From Protoeuglena noctilucae (Eukaryota), in NCBI GenBank assembly GCA_958009085.1, contig OY253685.1:620001-684000 (forward strand): a DNA stretch of 64,000 nt. Direction: 5' to 3'. This document shows positions 59,838 to 64,000 of this stretch, in pieces. The first letter of the stretch is position 1; each line of letters begins with the position of its first letter. Both the position numbers and the translations under genes were made by a program. A model generated the notes under the pieces. That model had not been told where the DNA came from. It searched no databases and worked only from the letters and a program-made list of their open reading frames with translations.

Positions 59838-62651
59838 ATGGCGCCGCAGGCGAGAGGCTTCAGGTTCCGAGTGCGTCGACGAGCTCGCTTGGCCAGTCGT
59901 CCGATTGTCGCGCTGCAGCGCTGCGTCGCAGGGCCTCCGCAATCCGAAAGCGAAGGGGAGGAGGACGCCGTCCTTACCCGAGGCCGCGAGCCTCGGATCC
60001 ATCGACGAACATGATTTGCTCCTGCCAACGGTGGAGTCGCACGGCAGCGCTTTCGGCATCGCGTCGCCCACCCGGCTTAGCTTGGGTCAACAGCCATACG
60101 CTGGCCCATCGGGGCATCAACATGACCGCGAGGCGCAAGAGCACGCAGAGGGGGACCGAGACCCACACACGAGCCATGGGTCCGGCAAGGTGTGTCTCCG
60201 TGCCATGCCGCAGAGACAGCCCTGTTCCTTCCTCCCGGCGACACCGATGGGGACGTGCAGTGCGGCTGTGCATCATGCAGACCCAGAGTGTGCTTGGCCC
60301 CTGCAGTCGGGCACCGGGCGAACGATGGTCAACATCTGCATCAGCTTCGTGGGCTCTGGGATCCTAGGCCTGCCCTACGCCTTCTCCAAGGGCGGCATGG
60401 TCCAGGGCATCGCCATTATGGCCGCCGTGGGCGTGGTTGCTTATCACAACATGATGAAGCTTGTCGCATGCAAGCGGAAGGCCGCCAATCGCGACGTGCA
60501 TACCTACAGCGAGCTCGCCGCGCACTACCTGGGCCCGTGGGTGCGTCCGGGATTGCTGATGGGTTATGCCTAGTTGACGAATGCATCACACCGGTGTTCG
60601 TGTGGTGACAGTATAGTGACCAGTGTGCTTTGGCATTACCGCCCCTTCCCTAATCGTCTTTGCAGGCCCGGGCGGTCGTGGAGGCGGCCATCGTGTCCAG
60701 CCAGGCGGGCTTCTCGATCGCCTACATGCTGTTTATCGGGAAGAACATGTCTGGCATCACGGGTGAGAGCTTGGTGGGAGCGAGGCAACGAGCGAGTCGT
60801 GGTACATGGCAGCATGGGCCCCCTGTTAGGGCCCACACGCTGCCCCATAGACTCGTCTTCGCAGCCTAATCCTTGTAGCCCCATCGCACCCCTTCAGGCC
60901 TCCCCGGCTTGCTCCTCATCACTGTCTCTGAGCTTCCCAACCCCAATCGCCCCCCCCCCCCCCCTGCCCCCAGGCCTCCCCGGCTGGCTCATCATCGCAG
61001 TCTGATCTTCCCCAAATCCCAGACTGATCTTCCTAACCCCCATCGCCCCTTCTCTCAGGCCTCCCCGGCTGGCTCCTCATCACTGTCACTGATCTTCCCA
61101 ACCCAAATCCCAGACTGATCTTCCTAACCCCCATCGCCCCCTTCAGGTCTCCCCGGCTGGCTCCTCATAGCAGCCTGCGCCCCCGTGGAGATGGCCCTCG
61201 CCCTCGTCCGCTCCCTCACCTCCCTCGCGCCCTTCTCCCTCATCGCCAACGCCGCCAACCTCATCGGCGCCCTCGTTGTGCTCGCGGAGGACGTCCAGCA
61301 CTTCCCGCAAGCCCCCGGCATCCACGCATGGGACACGCGGGGCTTCACGTTCCTGTTCGGGGTGTCCGTGTACTGTTTCGAGGGGATGGCGATGGTGCTG
61401 CCTCTGGAGGACGCGGCTAAGGACAAGAGGGCGTTTCCCAGAGACCTCGCGATCGGATTGGCGGGCATCACGGCGCTGTACGTGTCCTTCGCTGGGGCGG
61501 GGTGAGACGCGGGGCTGTTGGGGGTTGGATGAAGTGAGCTGGTTGCTGCGAGGGGTGAGGTGCGTGGCTGCTTGGGGTGAGATAGGGGTGAGAGGGGAGC
61601 TGCAAGGGGTGAGATGCGTAGCAAGCAGGGACAGCTGCGTGCGCAATGGCAGCAAAGCATTGGCAGACCGCCTGACGCCGACGCCAGCGGTGTCGGTGTT
61701 CTAAGAAGGGTTCAACAGCGATCGACGGCACTCTCGCAGGTACTGGGCGTTTGGTGCGGTGCAATGACAAAAGACATCATTATGCTCAACATCTTTGTAT
61801 CCTCGCAGGTACTGGGCGTTTGGTGCTGAGACGAAAGACATCATCACGCTCAACATCTCAGGGCGTGCGGGGGCGTTGGTCCAGACGTGCCTGAGCGCGG
61901 GGTTGCTGCTGACCATGCCCATCATGATGGTCCCATGTGAGCCGCATGCAAGTGATGATGATAGTCCCACGTGAGCTGGGGTTTGACTGGATTCAGAACG
62001 GTCATGTCGCTCACCGTAACGTCAGACAAGAGGGGATAGGATCCAATAGGTTCTGACAGACTTAGCACACCCAGCGCTTTCTTCGCTGCTACCCAGGTTA
62101 CGAGATTTTCGAGCGGTCGATGCTCCAGGCCCCGCTCAGCAAGGGCGCGGAGGGACACGTGAGGCTGACCGTGTTCCGGCTGACCCGGGTGCTGGCGGTG
62201 GCGGGGGTGGTGACGGGTGAGGGCTGCGGGAGTGGCAGGGTTGCAGAGCTTGCGCGCTTGTTGGCCGGCCTCTCACCAACTTGTCAACAAGGCTTGCAAC
62301 ACATTCCTATCCTCCTGTGACCTGCTCCCTCGTTCCGCTGCCACTTCCAGGCCCCCACGTTCTCCGTGTCCCTCCCTGCACCCCGCAGCGTCGCTGTTCA
62401 TCCCCTCTTTCGGGGCACTGATGGAGCTGATTGGGAGCGTGTCGTGTTCCACCCTCGCCTTCGTCATGCCACCCCTGATCGAGCTGGGAGCCAGCAAGAA
62501 GGACCTGCCCATCCCCTCCATCATCCTGAACGTGCTCTACATGCTCGCGGGGGTGTACCTGGCCCTCACGGGGGTCGCCGATGCCGCAGCCAACATGTTA
62601 TCGGCAACAGGCCACCATACCGCACCTGCCCCATCTGGCACCCACGCATAG
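59838..62651 (+). CDS. Amino acid transporter (AAAP/Aa_trans family, ANT1/AVT3-like)
   Basis: NICISFVGSGILGLPYAFSKGG, TYSEL, SQAGFSIAYMLFIGKN, RSLTSLAPFSLIAN, FGVSVYCFEGMAMVLPLE, GYWAFG..TKDIITLN, IPSFGALMELIGS. Confidence 0.9.
60891..61175 (+). repeat. Four tandem copies (about 75-90 bp period) of a splice acceptor plus exon start; only the last copy is coding
   Basis: cagg(c/t)ctccccggct(t/g)gctc(c/a)tcat at about 60895, 60971, 61056 and 61144. Confidence 0.9.
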
Positions 62652-63149
62652 CCCAGCCTGGAGTGGGAGCGGTGGTGTGCACATCCGTGCGGTGTGCACT
62701 TCTCGCCTGCCGCGTGCACGAGCATTGCGTCGGACCTTGTGTTTTGCTTGTCTCAGCGCCCATTGCGCACGCACCCAGCTGAAGCGTCGTTGTGGCGTCA
62801 TATCAGCGCATGTTGCGAGTCCATGTTTCCGAGACGCCGCATCTTCTATCAGTCACGGCATCTATCATTTGTCACGAGAGTCAAGAGCTTAGGCACGCCC
62901 AGTGTGTGCACCACATGCTCATCCCGCCTGTTGTCGGTGAGCCTCTCTTATCTCGCAACCCCTGGCGTGCAGCGCTGCTTGCTGTGGCATGGCACCACTT
63001 AGGTCGCCGAGCCTTGCAGGAGGAGTTGAACGGAAAAGGCTCAGATAGAGGACACTACTCGATTGAGGCGGCACCAGTCGCGTCAACATGTGGCATCACG
63101 TCACGACTAGTACCACTACTAAACACACATGCGATTGCCATGCAAGCAG

Positions 63150-64000
63150 TTAGGAGCGCTTGACGACCAGGACATCACCCCGGGAGTCCTCCGCAACCCT
63201 GCAAAGGCCATGGCACGGATAGCGCACATATAACAGACCCAGCCTCAAGACAGCCAATGACTCAGAGCCTGTTCTTGAAATGGACGCTGTTGGTATGCAC
63301 ATACGCAAGGGATGCCTGCTAATATGCACGTTCCACTATCTAGTACCATTTCACACTCTCATGCACTCACCGGAACGTGGGCCCCACGTACACGTTGTCG
63401 AACCACCCCTGGCCAAAGGGAGGGAAAGGGATGGTGCCCTGGGCGCGCTCGAGCCGCGCTGATGTGAATTTGAATTGCACTCTCTGGATGGCAGGGCAGG
63501 GACCGGGGATGGCTGTGCTGATGGTCGCTCATCCTAGCCAGTCAAATGAACCGTCACAAAGGTGGTCATAAGGACGGACAGCCAGTGACAACGAGCCCAC
63601 TAAGAGAGCACAGCACGTTTTGCGAGAGACCTAATCACCTGTGCGCCCACCAGTTCGATGGTGGAGTCGACAGCAAAGGCGCCCGTGGGTGGGAATGTGA
63701 TGAGGTTCTGCAGCGTCAGCTTCTGCGTGTCGATGCTCTGGTAGATGGGCCCTGCTTTTGTGCCGAACAGCCCCGCTTTCTCCACGATAAAGAGCGTCTC
63801 CTGTGCAGGGAAGGCATTACAGGTGCAGTGGGTGGGTTAGCTATAGGAGTGGAGTCGCTGAGCATGGCCACCGCAAGCCTGGTGGGCGTGAGTAACACTA
63901 GCATGGTCAGCAGCCATGGCATCCACACAGTCATGCCGCATCCACAATCATGGCATCAACACAGTCACGGTCATGCATCGCACATGGCCCAGTGCGACTC
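63150..64000 (-). CDS. PAP/fibrillin plastid lipid-associated protein; 5' part outside the window
   Basis: ETLFIVEKAGLFGTKAG..QSIDTQKLTLQNLITFPPTGAFAVDS, RVQFKFTSA, PFPPFGQGWFDNVYVGPTFR|VAEDSRGDVLVVKRS. Confidence 0.85.

Noticed and set aside
204..59931. Introner-type transposon origin of the GC-AG introns
   Set aside because: I could see no shared internal sequence or terminal repeats among these introns beyond the donor consensus. A genome-wide all-versus-all comparison would be needed to exclude it.
60891..61175. Regularly spaced repeats resembling a CRISPR array
   Set aside because: Eukaryotic intron; the units are degenerate copies of the adjacent splice acceptor, the spacers are themselves related, and there are no cas genes.

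Overview
Gene-dense, GC-rich nuclear DNA from a eukaryote, most likely a chlorophyte green alga (CAH3-type lumenal carbonic anhydrase, plastid NTT, ABC1K8, ISE2, HOZ, fibrillin). I reconstructed about 20 mostly intron-rich genes by hand. In order: tandem-chromodomain protein (runs off the left edge), HROB-like, ASCC2, PET191/COA5, ISE2 helicase, CAH3, HOZ, a J-domain protein, an Sfi1-repeat-like protein, an EMI1/UPF0545-like protein, NTT, a membrane-anchored H1-tail-like protein, HVA22-like, ABC1K8, MTV1/tepsin, a DDHD phospholipase, a NIPA8-like transporter, SMU1, an amino-acid transporter, and fibrillin (runs off the right edge). I saw no RNA genes, CRISPR arrays or autonomous transposons. 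The unusual signal is in the introns. (1) At least 20 introns need GC-AG splicing, very roughly 15% of the window's introns. (2) At least 11 GT-donor introns contain degenerate internal copies ('echoes') of their own splice junction or the adjacent exon end. (3) Longer introns have a G-rich 5' half and a C-rich 3' half. (4) Several introns contain perfect or near-perfect hairpins, including a 50-bp stem. Gene identities come from remembered family motifs, not database searches. Exon boundaries are inferred from reading-frame and motif continuity. CDS coordinates span whole genes including introns.
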